Below, piece by piece: positions 1 to 12,394 of a stretch of DNA of 64,000 bases. This DNA is from an uncultured Nitrospinota bacterium (GTDB lineage: Bacteria > Tectomicrobia > Entotheonellia > J063 > CAVPRW01): contig CAVPRW010000003.1 in the NCBI GenBank assembly GCA_963707985.1, positions 86,953-150,952 on the forward strand, in the 5' to 3' direction. The notes below the pieces were generated by a model that saw only the letters and a program-made list of their open reading frames with translations, had not been told where the DNA came from and did not search any database. How positions within the stretch are numbered: position 1 is the stretch's first letter; the number at the start of each line of letters is the position of its first letter. Made by a program: the position numbers and the translations under genes.

Positions 1-1289
1 TGTATATGCTGCATGGCCTGCATCGACTTAAAGCTCTTCCAGGTCAGTGGATAAAAGAGCAGCTTAATGATCACCGTAATAATGATGATGGCGACACCGT
101 AGTTGTGGGTCACGCCGTAGAGCCACTGCAGTGGACGTAAGAGCCAAATGTCCGGCCGCAGTATTCGGACCCAGCCATAGTTGTAGAACACCAACTCCTT
201 GAGCGATTTGCCGTTGGCGTCGAGCGCCGCCAGTCGACGCAGTTCCTTGGGGCCAGCATACACGGTGAAATGTACGTCAGTCGAGGTTGCAGGCAGCGGC
301 CAGCGTAATGCCACCGCATATTCGAGGGCATTCGTACCCTCATGTAAAACGCTCCACGTCGTGCTCGTGCGCGGAATCGCGGCGATGGCATAGTACTTGT
401 TGTGGACTGCCGTCCATTGCACCTGCCCTGTGCGCTCCAATGGCGGCTGACCAGCGGGCGGCGTGGCGAGCCAGCGCTCGCCGTTGATAAAGGACATTGG
501 GCTGGCATAACTGCCATTAGACTCCAGGTCGGTGTGTAGGCCGGGACCCCATCGTAGCATGGCATGTTGTCCATCCGCCGCGATCTCGACAGCTGGCCAC
601 AGCCCTTCTTCCGATACTTCAACCAAGTTCACCCGCGCCTCGTTGCCACCTCGCCCCATCGCCAGTGTAGCCGCGCCACTGCTCCGCCATAGGGAGTCCC
701 AGTGCCACACGATATTGGGTGGGCTCTTCCACGGTGCCGCATATTTCTTCAACAGCAGCTCCTTGATGCGCGCCCCCCGAGTAGTCATCACCATGCGGAC
801 CAGATCGTTTTCAACCGTCACTAGACGCTCGGGCTCTGGCGACGTCGCGGCCGTCGGTGCAGAGCTCAGACCCGGCTTGTCCAGCGTGACGTCGACCTCC
901 ATGGCATAAGTGCCGTATTGCAGTTCGAAGGTCTTCATCACACGCCAGCCTGTAGGGTCCTGATACTCAAAGCGGACAGTTCCTCGCGGCTGCTCTGCCG
1001 TCACAGCCAGTTGCGCCACCGAGGAGGTGAAATTCGCCGCCTGTATGCGCTCATTCAAGGACTGCGGCGGCGCCGCTTGTCCCACCGAGCCAGGCCCCAC
1101 GCGCGGAGTATTTGGTGCATCGGGCCTAGCCGTGGTGGCAGGCGGGGATTTGGCTTCAGGAGTCGGCTTTTCCTGAGACTCTGGCGTTACAGACGAATGG
1201 GGAGGATCTGGCGCAGGTACAAAGACATACTGCCAGAGGATAAGCACGAGGATCGACAGTGCGACAGCGAGAATGGCACGCCATTCCAT
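1..1289 (-). CDS. yidC: Membrane protein insertase YidC (3' end runs off the window)
   Basis: Manual translation from ATG 1289 with no stop to base 1: MEWRAILAVALSILVLILWQYVF (TM1), periplasmic motifs (WTAVHNKYY, VYAGPKE), then NYGVAIIIITVIIKLLFYPLTWKSFKSMQAMQ; lies next to yidD/rnpA/rpmH. Confidence 0.95.
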   Translation of the reverse strand, partial: MEWRAILAVALSILVLILWQYVFVPAPDPPHSSVTPESQEKPTPEAKSPPATTARPDAPNTPRVGPGSVGQAAPPQSLNERIQAANFTSSVAQLAVTAEQPRGTVRFEYQDPTGWRVMKTFELQYGTYAMEVDVTLDKPGLSSAPTAATSPEPERLVTVENDLVRMVMTTRGARIKELLLKKYAAPWKSPPNIVWHWDSLWRSSGAATLAMGRGGNEARVNLVEVSEEGLWPAVEIAADGQHAMLRWGPGLHTDLESNGSYASPMSFINGERWLATPPAGQPPLERTGQVQWTAVHNKYYAIAAIPRTSTTWSVLHEGTNALEYAVALRWPLPATSTDVHFTVYAGPKELRRLAALDANGKSLKELVFYNYGWVRILRPDIWLLRPLQWLYGVTHNYGVAIIIITVIIKLLFYPLTWKSFKSMQAMQHI

Positions 1290-1349
1290 ACACTAATAAA
1301 ACCTCCTGAGTGGCTGCGCAGGCCTTGTAAGGTATGGGGGCGAGCGCCA

Positions 1350-1589
1350 CTACTGAACCGGGTCCCACCCTCCAGGGTGAAAGGGATGACAACGCAATAG
1401 TCGCCATGCGGTCAAGTGCAGACCTCGCCATAACCCATAGCGGGTGATCGCCTGCATAGCATACGTCGAACAGGATGGATAAAACCGACACGAGGGTGGC
1501 AACGCAGGCGAGATTACCAGTTGATAGAGCCGTATCATCTCACAGATCAGATATCTGACCATCGATATGCCCAATGTCCTGCACTCCAA
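1350..1589 (-). CDS. yidD: Membrane protein insertion efficiency factor YidD
   Basis: [34 protein letters not shown] signature; alternative start ATG 1562. Confidence 0.95.
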   Translation of the reverse strand: MECRTLGISMVRYLICEMIRLYQLVISPALPPSCRFYPSCSTYAMQAITRYGLWRGLHLTAWRLLRCHPFHPGGWDPVQ

Positions 1590-1649
1590 CCCACGGTACT
1601 CGTCCTACCCGGCGATCACCAACCATAGCCGGATCGGGGTTGCACGTAT

Positions 1650-2027
1650 CTATCCATCCTTCAGAGCAATGTGGCCGGGTGCCTCGGCTGCCGTCAACCT
1701 AGCCATGGTCTTGCACCAGGCGTCCTCAAGAGTCCTGTAGGACGCCTGAGCACTGGCGGGAACAGCGCGCACGAACAGATCATAGCCTCTGGGAACCAGC
1801 CCTTTCTGACGCCGAAAAAGCTCACGTAGCCGGCGTTTCACCCGATTTCGCACGACGGCAATACCAATGGCTTTGCCCGCAGCTAGCCCAAGGCGAATGA
1901 CATCTCCCCCATGGCGGTAGGCATATATCGTAAAATACTCCGTCCGCAGCCGCCGCCCATGCCGGTAACAACGCGTATAGTCGGCTCTAGCGGCAAGGCG
2001 TTCATGTCTGCGTAGACGCTGGTCCAC
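1650..2027 (-). CDS. rnpA: Ribonuclease P protein component
   Basis: RLGLAAGKAIGIAVVRNRVKRRLRE (RNR motif); canonical position. Confidence 0.95.
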   Translation of the reverse strand: MDQRLRRHERLAARADYTRCYRHGRRLRTEYFTIYAYRHGGDVIRLGLAAGKAIGIAVVRNRVKRRLRELFRRQKGLVPRGYDLFVRAVPASAQASYRTLEDAWCKTMARLTAAEAPGHIALKDG

Positions 2028-2033
2028 CCGGTC

Positions 2034-2168
2034 TCAGACAGTCAAGCGAGCGCGGCCCTTATGCCGGCGTCGCCTCAAAACCTGCTGGCCGCTACGAGTT
2101 GCCATGCGTGCTCGAAAGCCATGGGTGCGGCGGCGCTTTATCCGACTCGGCTGGTAGGTCCGTTTCAT
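2034..2168 (-). CDS. rpmH: 50S ribosomal protein L34 (not in ORF track)
   Basis: Manual translation [44 protein letters not shown], 44 aa. Confidence 0.97.
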   Translation of the reverse strand: MKRTYQPSRIKRRRTHGFRARMATRSGQQVLRRRRHKGRARLTV

Positions 2169-2549
2169 GTTCACGTCCTCACTCGTCCAGGCCGCGTTCC
2201 GCCGTACCTATCTGTTCTGTATAGGCCGCACGCGGGCTCCTATCGTGAATAGTTCATCAGAAATCCAACGTAGATCACATAGTTGAGTAATGCGGCAGAC
2301 GTGCCTTCCACAAGTTTGGTCCGTTCTGCTGCTGGTCGCACGGTTCAGTGGGATGATCACCCACCGCGCTCCGATTCTAGCAGAAACTGCGTTGATTTTT
2401 CAATCGTCTTTTGGTACTTTATACGTGTGGTCAGAGCCTTTCGGCGGAGGTAATACCTTGTTCTTCCACACCCTTCACCTGGTTATTGAACTGCAGGTAG
2501 ACCTCATGGTGGCGCAGACGATGAATCGTAATCCATCGATATTACAGGG

Positions 2550-2845
2550 ATTTATCGAGTTATCCACAGTTGGGGATAACCATGTGGATAACTCGAGACA
2601 ACCGCCGAAGATCCCCATTTTCTCATCCTTGGCACACAATCGATCGGGGTCTATCGGGATATCTCCCTGGATAAATTGTGTACACACCTGTGCATAAATG
2701 CTTCCGCGACTTCTTACCTGAATCTCCCTGAACACTGTGGGACTTTCCCCCACAGTTTTGCACAGCCGATTCCCATCGGTGTGCTATGCTTTGGGTCGCT
2801 TATGCACATATCCCACGCGTCTACTACGACCATCTACTAAGGATT
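2550..2845. other. Chromosomal replication origin (oriC)
   Basis: DnaA boxes TTATCCACA 2560-2568 and TGTGGATAA 2583-2591; near-matches at 2571-2579, 2689-2697, 2756-2764, 2800-2808; box pair followed by a GC spacer and CTACTACGACCATCTACTA trio-like array (2821-2839) just before dnaN; gene orientation diverges here. Confidence 0.85.
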
Positions 2846-2879
2846 TCCTAAACTCGATACACAAAGGGAGTGTGGATTC

Positions 2880-3992
2880 ATGGAGATCCGGATCAGTCGT
2901 GAAGAATTTTTGCAGGGCCTGCAGCGTGTCCAGTCGGTCGTCGAGCGCAAGACCACGACACCGATTCTGGCCAATTTCCTGCTCGACGCACGGGGGAACC
3001 AGCTCACCTATGTGGCGACGGACCTCGAGCTTACCTGCAAGGGGATGATGGCGACGGAAATCATCCATGAAGGTGTCATCACCCTACCGGCCCGGCAAAC
3101 ATTTGATATCGTGCGTGAGCTGCCTAGTGGAACAATGCTTGATCTCCGCATCAATGAGCAACAGTGGGCTGAACTCACTGCCGGCCGGAGTTATTTCAGG
3201 ATTCCAAGTCTCCCAGGAGGAGATTTCCCGCCGTTTCCACCTTTTGAAGGTGCTGAACATCTGTCGCTCCCTGCTTCTACCCTTCGGGAAATGATTGGGA
3301 AAACAGCCTTTTGCACCTCTCAGGATGAAACGCGTTTTGCGCTGCGTGGCGCACTTTTTGCTTTTATGGAGGGACGGGTATCGATGGTGGCAACCGATGG
3401 TCACCGCTTGGCCGCCATCCAGCGCGAATGCAAACATGCTGAGGCTATGACCAAGCAGGTGATCGTGCCTCGTAAAGCCCTGGACGAAATCCGTAAAAGT
3501 CTTGAGGATGGTAACGGTGAGGATGATGAGGTAACGGTGAGTTTACTCGATCAACATTTGCTCATCCGTCGCGGGAATCTATGGTTATCGACCCGACTCA
3601 TTGACGGGCAATTCCCCGCCTATGAACGAGTGATCCCAAAGGGTCATCCGCAACACATTACGCTACAGAAGGATGCTTTCCTCAGTAGCCTCCGTCGAGT
3701 CATCCTGTTCGCGCCCGACAAATCACGAGCAGTCCGGCTCAAACTATCGCCGGGGACATTGACGATCTTGAGCGAAAGTCCCGAGTTGGGAGAAGCCCGC
3801 GATGAAATCGAGGCCGAGTATGAGGGGGAAGCGGTGACGGTGGGGTTTAACGCACGCTACCTGATGGATGTCTTGAATGTCGTGGACGCTGATCAGGTCA
3901 TTCTCGAAGTGAAAGATGCCGTAAGCTCATCTTTGATGCGACCGGTGGCTGACCCCGACAGTCTCTATGTGATTATGCCATTGCGACTGTAA
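2880..3992 (+). CDS. dnaN: DNA polymerase III beta clamp
   Basis: 370 aa; ATDLE, VATDGHRL, LIDGQFPAYERVIP, C-terminal VIMPLRL. Confidence 0.98.
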   Translation: MEIRISREEFLQGLQRVQSVVERKTTTPILANFLLDARGNQLTYVATDLELTCKGMMATEIIHEGVITLPARQTFDIVRELPSGTMLDLRINEQQWAELTAGRSYFRIPSLPGGDFPPFPPFEGAEHLSLPASTLREMIGKTAFCTSQDETRFALRGALFAFMEGRVSMVATDGHRLAAIQRECKHAEAMTKQVIVPRKALDEIRKSLEDGNGEDDEVTVSLLDQHLLIRRGNLWLSTRLIDGQFPAYERVIPKGHPQHITLQKDAFLSSLRRVILFAPDKSRAVRLKLSPGTLTILSESPELGEARDEIEAEYEGEAVTVGFNARYLMDVLNVVDADQVILEVKDAVSSSLMRPVADPDSLYVIMPLRL

Positions 3993-4156
3993 GACAGGGT
4001 CGAGCGCTGTAGGCTGACGACCGAGCAGGAGAGGATGGGGATGGTGGCCGGGCGCTCAGAAGGCTGTTGCGGCACAGATGGTCGGTTAGACCGGGAGTGT
4101 GTGTCACATGCGGTCTTCAGTTCCGATGCCTCGGTCTTCTGCTGCTCGGGGTTCTG

Positions 4157-5308
4157 ATGCGACTCATGACCTTACAGATGCGCAACTTCCGCAACTTCGA
4201 CCGACTGGAGCTTGAGTGCGGCGCACGTTTCAATATTCTAGTGGGTAATAACGGCCAGGGCAAGACGAACATTCTCGAAAGTATTTATGTGCTCGGCCAG
4301 TTACGGTCTTTTCGCGGTGTTGGACGCGCGGAGTTGACTCGCTGGGGGGCAGAGGTGGTCAGCTTACACGGCACGGTTGAGCATCCGGCACATAATGGGA
4401 AACTGACGCTCGGCATGTCCTGGAATGGGCAGCGACGTATCCTCAAAGTCCAAGGCCGGGAGATCCAACGCACTATTGATTATCTGGGACATCTTAACGT
4501 CATGGTCTTCGCAGCGGATTCCGTCCAGGTGATCAAAGGTTCTCCTGAAGGACGCCGCCGGCTTCTCGATCGCGCACTGGTAAGTTTGCAGCCGACCTAT
4601 CTCGGCCTTTTGCAGCGCCATCAGATGATCCTCAAACATCGCAATCGACTACTGAAGGGGCCGAAGATCGACCGCGCCAGTTTAGACGTGTGGAATACCA
4701 AGTTTGCCGAGGTGGGAGCGGAAGTTGTACGGGCGCGGGCACGCTACCTGAAGCGGCTTAACCGGCAACTGGAGCGCTTGAATGCGTTGAAGCTGGGCAG
4801 TCCAACGGCACTACAGGTACAGTACCGGCCAGCCCTCGGAGGGGGAACCGATGAGCAAGAGCCGCTAGATCCTGGCTGTGCCGACATGTCGCGGATTGTG
4901 CACCGTATGGTGGAGGGCATCGCTAGGGTGGAACGTGACGAATTGAGGGCCCGGATGTCATTGATCGGACCGCAACGCGATGATGTCAGCTTTACCCTGG
5001 AAAGGCATGACCTCAAGAATTATGGCTCCCAGGGGGAGCAACGGCTGGCAGTGCTGCTGATCTTGATCGGCATGTTAGAAGATCTGGAAGCGGAGTTGGG
5101 GACGCCCGCGATCGTGTTGCTTGATGATATGGTGGCTGAGTTGGATCGGCGACGGCGTGGCCTACTGTGGGAATTTTTGCAGAGCATGCGCGCCCAGGTA
5201 TTTATCAGTGGGACGGAGATGACTGCCGACTTGGAAGCGCTGTGTGCGGCAGTGCCAGAGACGCAGGTGTGGAGGGTCGACGCGGGCACCATTGTCGCCA
5301 ACGCCTAG
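4157..5308 (+). CDS. recF: DNA replication/repair protein RecF
   Basis: NFRN, GNNGQGKTNILE Walker A, GSQGEQR, LLDDMVAELD; likely start ATG 4157. Confidence 0.96.
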   Translation: MRLMTLQMRNFRNFDRLELECGARFNILVGNNGQGKTNILESIYVLGQLRSFRGVGRAELTRWGAEVVSLHGTVEHPAHNGKLTLGMSWNGQRRILKVQGREIQRTIDYLGHLNVMVFAADSVQVIKGSPEGRRRLLDRALVSLQPTYLGLLQRHQMILKHRNRLLKGPKIDRASLDVWNTKFAEVGAEVVRARARYLKRLNRQLERLNALKLGSPTALQVQYRPALGGGTDEQEPLDPGCADMSRIVHRMVEGIARVERDELRARMSLIGPQRDDVSFTLERHDLKNYGSQGEQRLAVLLILIGMLEDLEAELGTPAIVLLDDMVAELDRRRRGLLWEFLQSMRAQVFISGTEMTADLEALCAAVPETQVWRVDAGTIVANA

Positions 5309-5410
5309 TGACCATCCAGCGCCAATTGGCACCACAGGAAGCCGCACTCAGAACGGGACAATCCTGCAGCAAGGCGTCTGCCCTGTAGCAGATCGCCGAC
5401 AGGTGGGAGT

Positions 5411-7959
<2,549 letters not shown>

Positions 7960-7967
7960 GAGACTGT

Positions 7968-10439
7968 ATGGCCACTGACGCACGACTGCTGCAGATCAAC
8001 ATCGAAGATGAAATGCGCACAGCCTTCCTCGACTATGCGATGTCCGTCATCATCGCCCGCGCCCTGCCGGATGTGCGCGACGGGCTGAAGCCGGTGCATC
8101 GGCGCGCCCTGCTGACCCTGTACGACCTGAACCTCACTCCAGACCGCGGCTATCGGAAGTGCGCCAAGATCTGCGGCGATATCAGCGGCAACTATCATCC
8201 GCATGGCGAGGGGGTCGTCTATCCCTCCGTGGTGCGCCTGGCACAACGCTTTGCCATGCGCTATCCATTGGTCGATGGCCAGGGCAACTATGGTTCCGTC
8301 GATGGTGACCCACCGGCTGCCATGCGCTACACCGAAGCGCGCATGACCGAGATCTGCCAGGAGATGTTGCGCGATCTGGAGAAGGAAACAGTCGACTTCA
8401 TCCCCAACTACGACGGCACGCGCGAAGAGCCGGTGGTGTTGCCCTCGACGATTCCCAACCTCCTGATGAACGGTTCTGCCGGCATCGCTGTGGGCATGGC
8501 GACGAATATTCCACCCCATAATCTGGGCGAGCTGGTCGACGCGTTGGTGGCGATGCTAGCGGACCCCCAGATCAGCGTCGAGGTCGACGAGGACGACCCA
8601 GGGAAGCCCTATCTCATGCAGTTCATTCTAGGTCCCGATTTCCCGACCGCGGGACTGATCTATGGCACCGATGGCATTCGCGATGCCTACAAGACTGGGC
8701 GCGGCCTCATCACCATGCGGGCACGGGCGCTCATTGAGCATTCGAAGCGCACCAGCCGGGAGCAGATCATCATCACTGAGATCCCCTATCAGGTGAACAA
8801 AGCCAAGCTCGTCGAGAGAATCGCTGAGCTGGTGCGCGACCGCAAAATCGAGGGCATCTCCGATCTGCGCGACGAATCCGATCGCGAGGGTATGCGGGTC
8901 GTCATCGAGCTTGTCCGCGGTGCCCAGGGTGAGGTAGTGCTCAATCAGCTCTACAAGCAAACCCCCATGCAGAGCACCTTCGGCGTCATCATGCTGGCAC
9001 TGGTGGGCAATCAACCGCGGATCATGGCCCTCAAGGAGCTGATGAGTCAGTTTCTCGAGCACCGCAAAGAGGTGGTGACACGTCGCACGCGGTTCGATCT
9101 GCGCAAGGCGCGGGAACGCGCCCATATTCTCGAAGGTTTGAGAGTCGCCCTGGAGCAGCTCGACCGGGTGATCGAGCTCATCCGCGCTGCCGAGTCGCCA
9201 GCGGCGGCTCGTGAGCAATTGATCGCGACGCTAGCGCTTACTGAGGAACAAGCCCAAGCCATTCTCGACATGCGCCTGCAACGCCTCACCGCTTTGGAGC
9301 GCGACAGAATCTTGCAGGAGCTGGCGGAATTACAGCAGCGCATCGTCGAGCTGGAAGGCATCTTGGCTGATGAGCTGAAGGTACGCGCCATCATCAAGGA
9401 GGAGCTACTGGGGATCAAGGACAAATATGGTGATGAGCGGCGCACCGAGATCGTTGAGGAAGCGGTCGAGCTCAACATCGAAGACCTCATCCCGCAGGAA
9501 GATGTGGTGGTGACAGTCAGCCGTGGCGGCTATATCAAACGTACTCCTGCCCGCGTCTACCGCAGCCAGCACCGCGGTGGCAAGGGGATCAAAGCGATGG
9601 AGACCAAAGAAGAGGACTTCGTCGAGCATTTTTATATCGCCAATACCCACCATTACATCTTGTGGTTCACCAATATCGGTAAGGTCCACTGGCTCAAGGT
9701 CTATGAGATCCCCGAGGGTACGCGGGCCTCGCGGGGCAAAGCATTGGTGAATCTCCTGCAGTTGGACGATGGAGAAACCATCTCCGCCATGGTGCCCGTC
9801 GAGGAGTTTGCCAGCGCCCGCTACGTCATTATGACTACCAAACGCGGGCTGGTGAAGAAAACACCCTTGGCGGCCTTCGGAAATCCGCGTGCGGGAGGCA
9901 TCCGAGCGATTTCTCTCGACGACGGCGACGAACTGATCGCGGTCAAGCTCACCGACGGCTCACAACACATCTTCTTGGGAACAGCGGACGGCCAGGCTAT
10001 CCAGTTCCGGGAGGCCGATGTACGACCGATGGGACGGACCGCGCGCGGGGTCATTGGCATCGATCTCGAAGCGGGGGATGCCGTGGTGGCCATGGAAGTC
10101 TTGAACCCTGGAGCGACGATGCTCACCGTCTGCGAACATGGCCATGGCAAACGTACCGCCCTTGACGAATACCGGGTGCAGGGGCGTGGTGGCAAGGGGT
10201 TGATCAATATCAAAGTGACGGAGCGTAACGGCCGAGTCGTAGGCATCAAACAGGTAACCGAGGCGGATGAGCTGATGATCATGACGACATCGGGTAATCT
10301 CATCCGCCTGCCCGTCCGCGAGTTGGCGGTGATTAGCCGCAATACTCAGGGCGTGCGCCTGATTTCGCTGGGTGATGATGATGCTGTGGCGTCTGTCGCC
10401 ACCATTGAGGAAGAACGTGAGATGGGAGATATGGTATAA
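7968..10439 (+). CDS. gyrA: DNA gyrase subunit A
   Basis: 823 aa; AAMRYTE catalytic Tyr, GyrA-box QHRGGKG, C-terminal pinwheel repeats. Confidence 0.98.
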   Translation: MATDARLLQINIEDEMRTAFLDYAMSVIIARALPDVRDGLKPVHRRALLTLYDLNLTPDRGYRKCAKICGDISGNYHPHGEGVVYPSVVRLAQRFAMRYPLVDGQGNYGSVDGDPPAAMRYTEARMTEICQEMLRDLEKETVDFIPNYDGTREEPVVLPSTIPNLLMNGSAGIAVGMATNIPPHNLGELVDALVAMLADPQISVEVDEDDPGKPYLMQFILGPDFPTAGLIYGTDGIRDAYKTGRGLITMRARALIEHSKRTSREQIIITEIPYQVNKAKLVERIAELVRDRKIEGISDLRDESDREGMRVVIELVRGAQGEVVLNQLYKQTPMQSTFGVIMLALVGNQPRIMALKELMSQFLEHRKEVVTRRTRFDLRKARERAHILEGLRVALEQLDRVIELIRAAESPAAAREQLIATLALTEEQAQAILDMRLQRLTALERDRILQELAELQQRIVELEGILADELKVRAIIKEELLGIKDKYGDERRTEIVEEAVELNIEDLIPQEDVVVTVSRGGYIKRTPARVYRSQHRGGKGIKAMETKEEDFVEHFYIANTHHYILWFTNIGKVHWLKVYEIPEGTRASRGKALVNLLQLDDGETISAMVPVEEFASARYVIMTTKRGLVKKTPLAAFGNPRAGGIRAISLDDGDELIAVKLTDGSQHIFLGTADGQAIQFREADVRPMGRTARGVIGIDLEAGDAVVAMEVLNPGATMLTVCEHGHGKRTALDEYRVQGRGGKGLINIKVTERNGRVVGIKQVTEADELMIMTTSGNLIRLPVRELAVISRNTQGVRLISLGDDDAVASVATIEEEREMGDMV

Positions 10440-10612
10440 TAATCTCCATACCCAACTGCTAAGTCTGGGTGATTATGGTGACGATTGCGACACACGCAGT
10501 GTCTGCGAAGTTATCCACCCTCCCCCTGAATGAGGGAGGGTCTGGACGGACATGGAAAAATGGACAGCATGGGTTTCCGCATAAGGCGGTTATGTGACTA
10601 TAGAAGAGGGGA

Positions 10613-11077
10613 ATGATCATGCCGATTGGGGTAGGGCAACCAGCACCCGATTTCACGCTCAGAGGCAATGATGATAAAGATCACAAGCTCAGCGACCTGA
10701 AGGGGAAAAATGTCGTCTTAGCCTTCTATCCCTTGGATTTTAGCCCCGTCTGTACCAATGAGCATGTGTGTTTCCGCGACGATCTGACGCAGTTTCAGAG
10801 CCTTAACGCGGAGGTGTTGGGGATCAGTGTGGACAGCACCTGGGCGCACAAAGCTTTTGCCAAACAGTTAGAGCTGCAGTTCCCTCTGTTGGCCGATTTC
10901 CATCCGAAGGGAGCAGTGGCCGATCAGTATGGCTTCTATCTGTCGGAACGTGGCATTGCAGCACGGGCAGTGGTGGTCGTCGATAAGGAAGGCGTTGTCC
11001 GTTTTGTGAAGCAGTACGATATTCCCACTGTGCCGGATACCAAGGAGGTCGTGGCCGCAGTGCAAGCGCTGAAGTAG
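10613..11077 (+). CDS. Peroxiredoxin (AhpC/TSA family, AhpE-like)
   Basis: [25 protein letters not shown]. Confidence 0.9.
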   Translation: MIMPIGVGQPAPDFTLRGNDDKDHKLSDLKGKNVVLAFYPLDFSPVCTNEHVCFRDDLTQFQSLNAEVLGISVDSTWAHKAFAKQLELQFPLLADFHPKGAVADQYGFYLSERGIAARAVVVVDKEGVVRFVKQYDIPTVPDTKEVVAAVQALK

Positions 11078-11209
11078 CCCGGCTTGAGTGGTTGTGCCAT
11101 CTTTGATGGCTTCTTCACCAAGATTGTCTCGTCCACGTCTCCCGGCGGGAGACCCGCTAGGCCATGCCCTCATGGGTCTCCCGCTAGAGTTGGTTAGTCA
11201 GCCCCACCA

Positions 11210-11692
11210 TCACCTGCCGAGCGCCCTCCGGACGATTTCGATAAGGGTATTCATAGGAAAAGGTTTGAGCAGAAACCCTAGCAACCCGTCCCGTACCTCC
11301 GGCAAGTCCTCGTTTCTAGAATCTCCACTGATGAGGATGATAGGGAGTTCAGGATGCATGGCGCGCCAACGCTGGGCCAGGGTATAGCCCGCCTGCGCCT
11401 GGGCGGTAGGCAATAGATTGACATCGGTGATCAGCAGTTGGATCCCCGCAACGCCTAGTTGCGTTTTGATGGCTTCTGCCTGCTCCACGTTGGCAGCGGT
11501 GAGAACACTATAGCCTTGCGTGCTCAGCACCTCCATGAGCGCTTCTCGCACAGGCTCCTCATCGTCAACGATGAGGATGGTGGTTTGTGGGCCACGCCGG
11601 CGCCGTCTCTGTTCTCTACGTCGCCGTGAGCGTGGCGGCTGAACCGGCGTCGAATCAGTCTGTTCTGCAGAGTTCTCACTCGGTGTGAGCAT
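11210..11692 (-). CDS. Single-domain response regulator with Arg-rich N-terminal extension
   Basis: ILIVDDE, LLITD, ILISG, LLKPF receiver motifs. Confidence 0.85.
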   Translation of the reverse strand: MLTPSENSAEQTDSTPVQPPRSRRRREQRRRRRGPQTTILIVDDEEPVREALMEVLSTQGYSVLTAANVEQAEAIKTQLGVAGIQLLITDVNLLPTAQAQAGYTLAQRWRAMHPELPIILISGDSRNEDLPEVRDGLLGFLLKPFPMNTLIEIVRRALGR

Positions 11693-11867
11693 AGATGCGC
11701 TGTGGGGGAACGCCTGCAGTGGTGCAGCTGGATGCCGACTCGAAATCGCGATAGGGCGGGCTGGTGGGCCAATTAGTGGGCGGAACTGAGCGGCTGTGCA
11801 TAGATAAGTTACCGATCAAATTAGTGTTATAAATATGATATTTTTATCATAATCGGTCAATTAATAG

Positions 11868-11883
11868 AGCAAAGTGAATGCCA
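11868..11883 (-). promoter_or_regulatory. Putative sigma54 (-24/-12) promoter for the response regulator
   Basis: Minus strand TGGCATTCACTTTGCT = GG-N10-GC consensus; followed by an AT-rich inverted repeat TATGATA-TTTT-TATCATA (~11835-11852). Confidence 0.55.
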
Positions 11884-12394
11884 CGCGTCGGTCCCCACGC
11901 TCCGATAAGGTCAGAAAACCAGTGCTGGCATGGGATTCTGTGGATCAGTAGGGCAGGGCGGAGGGGAGGAAAGCAAACGTAATGTCTCAGAACTGCATCA
12001 AGTTGTACCACTTGGCGGGCAGGAGGATAGCCAAGACAGGCCGGCTGTCGTAGGCTACAAATGCCGATCCCACCGCCGGAGGACAGTGCTATGCTGATGG
12101 GGTGCGGGGAACGGTGGTGACGCTGGGGCGGTCACTATAGTCGTTCCTGTAGTTGCCATGGTGCACTTTTGGTACAGGGTGTTCGTCTCATCCATGAACC
12201 ATATTCCCATGGCTGAGACCCCTTGCCAAAAAACCTGCCAACAGCCCGAGTGATCTGGAACCTCGGCCCACCCATACTGGCGCAGCCACATAATCCACGG
12301 CTGCTGCTGGAGAAGTGCTATGGCTTGGATGCCGCTCTGTGGAACTGACGGCCATGCTGCAGCCGCACGTCATCCTCGCAGATGGTCCTACTGA

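Noticed and set aside
2290..2753. ORFs in the rpmH-dnaN gap as dnaA remnants
   Set aside because: No AAA+ or DnaA domain IV motifs; they overlap the DnaA-box cluster.
4021..4149. CCGAGCAG..CTGCTCGG long-range repeat before recF
   Set aside because: A single 8 bp pair in GC-rich DNA is not enough to call an RNA element.
10511..10519. DnaA-box-like TTATCCACC after gyrA
   Set aside because: Single imperfect copy, expected by chance.
12055..12373. Short ORFs between the regulator and the Omp85 gene
   Set aside because: No recognisable motif or clear RBS.
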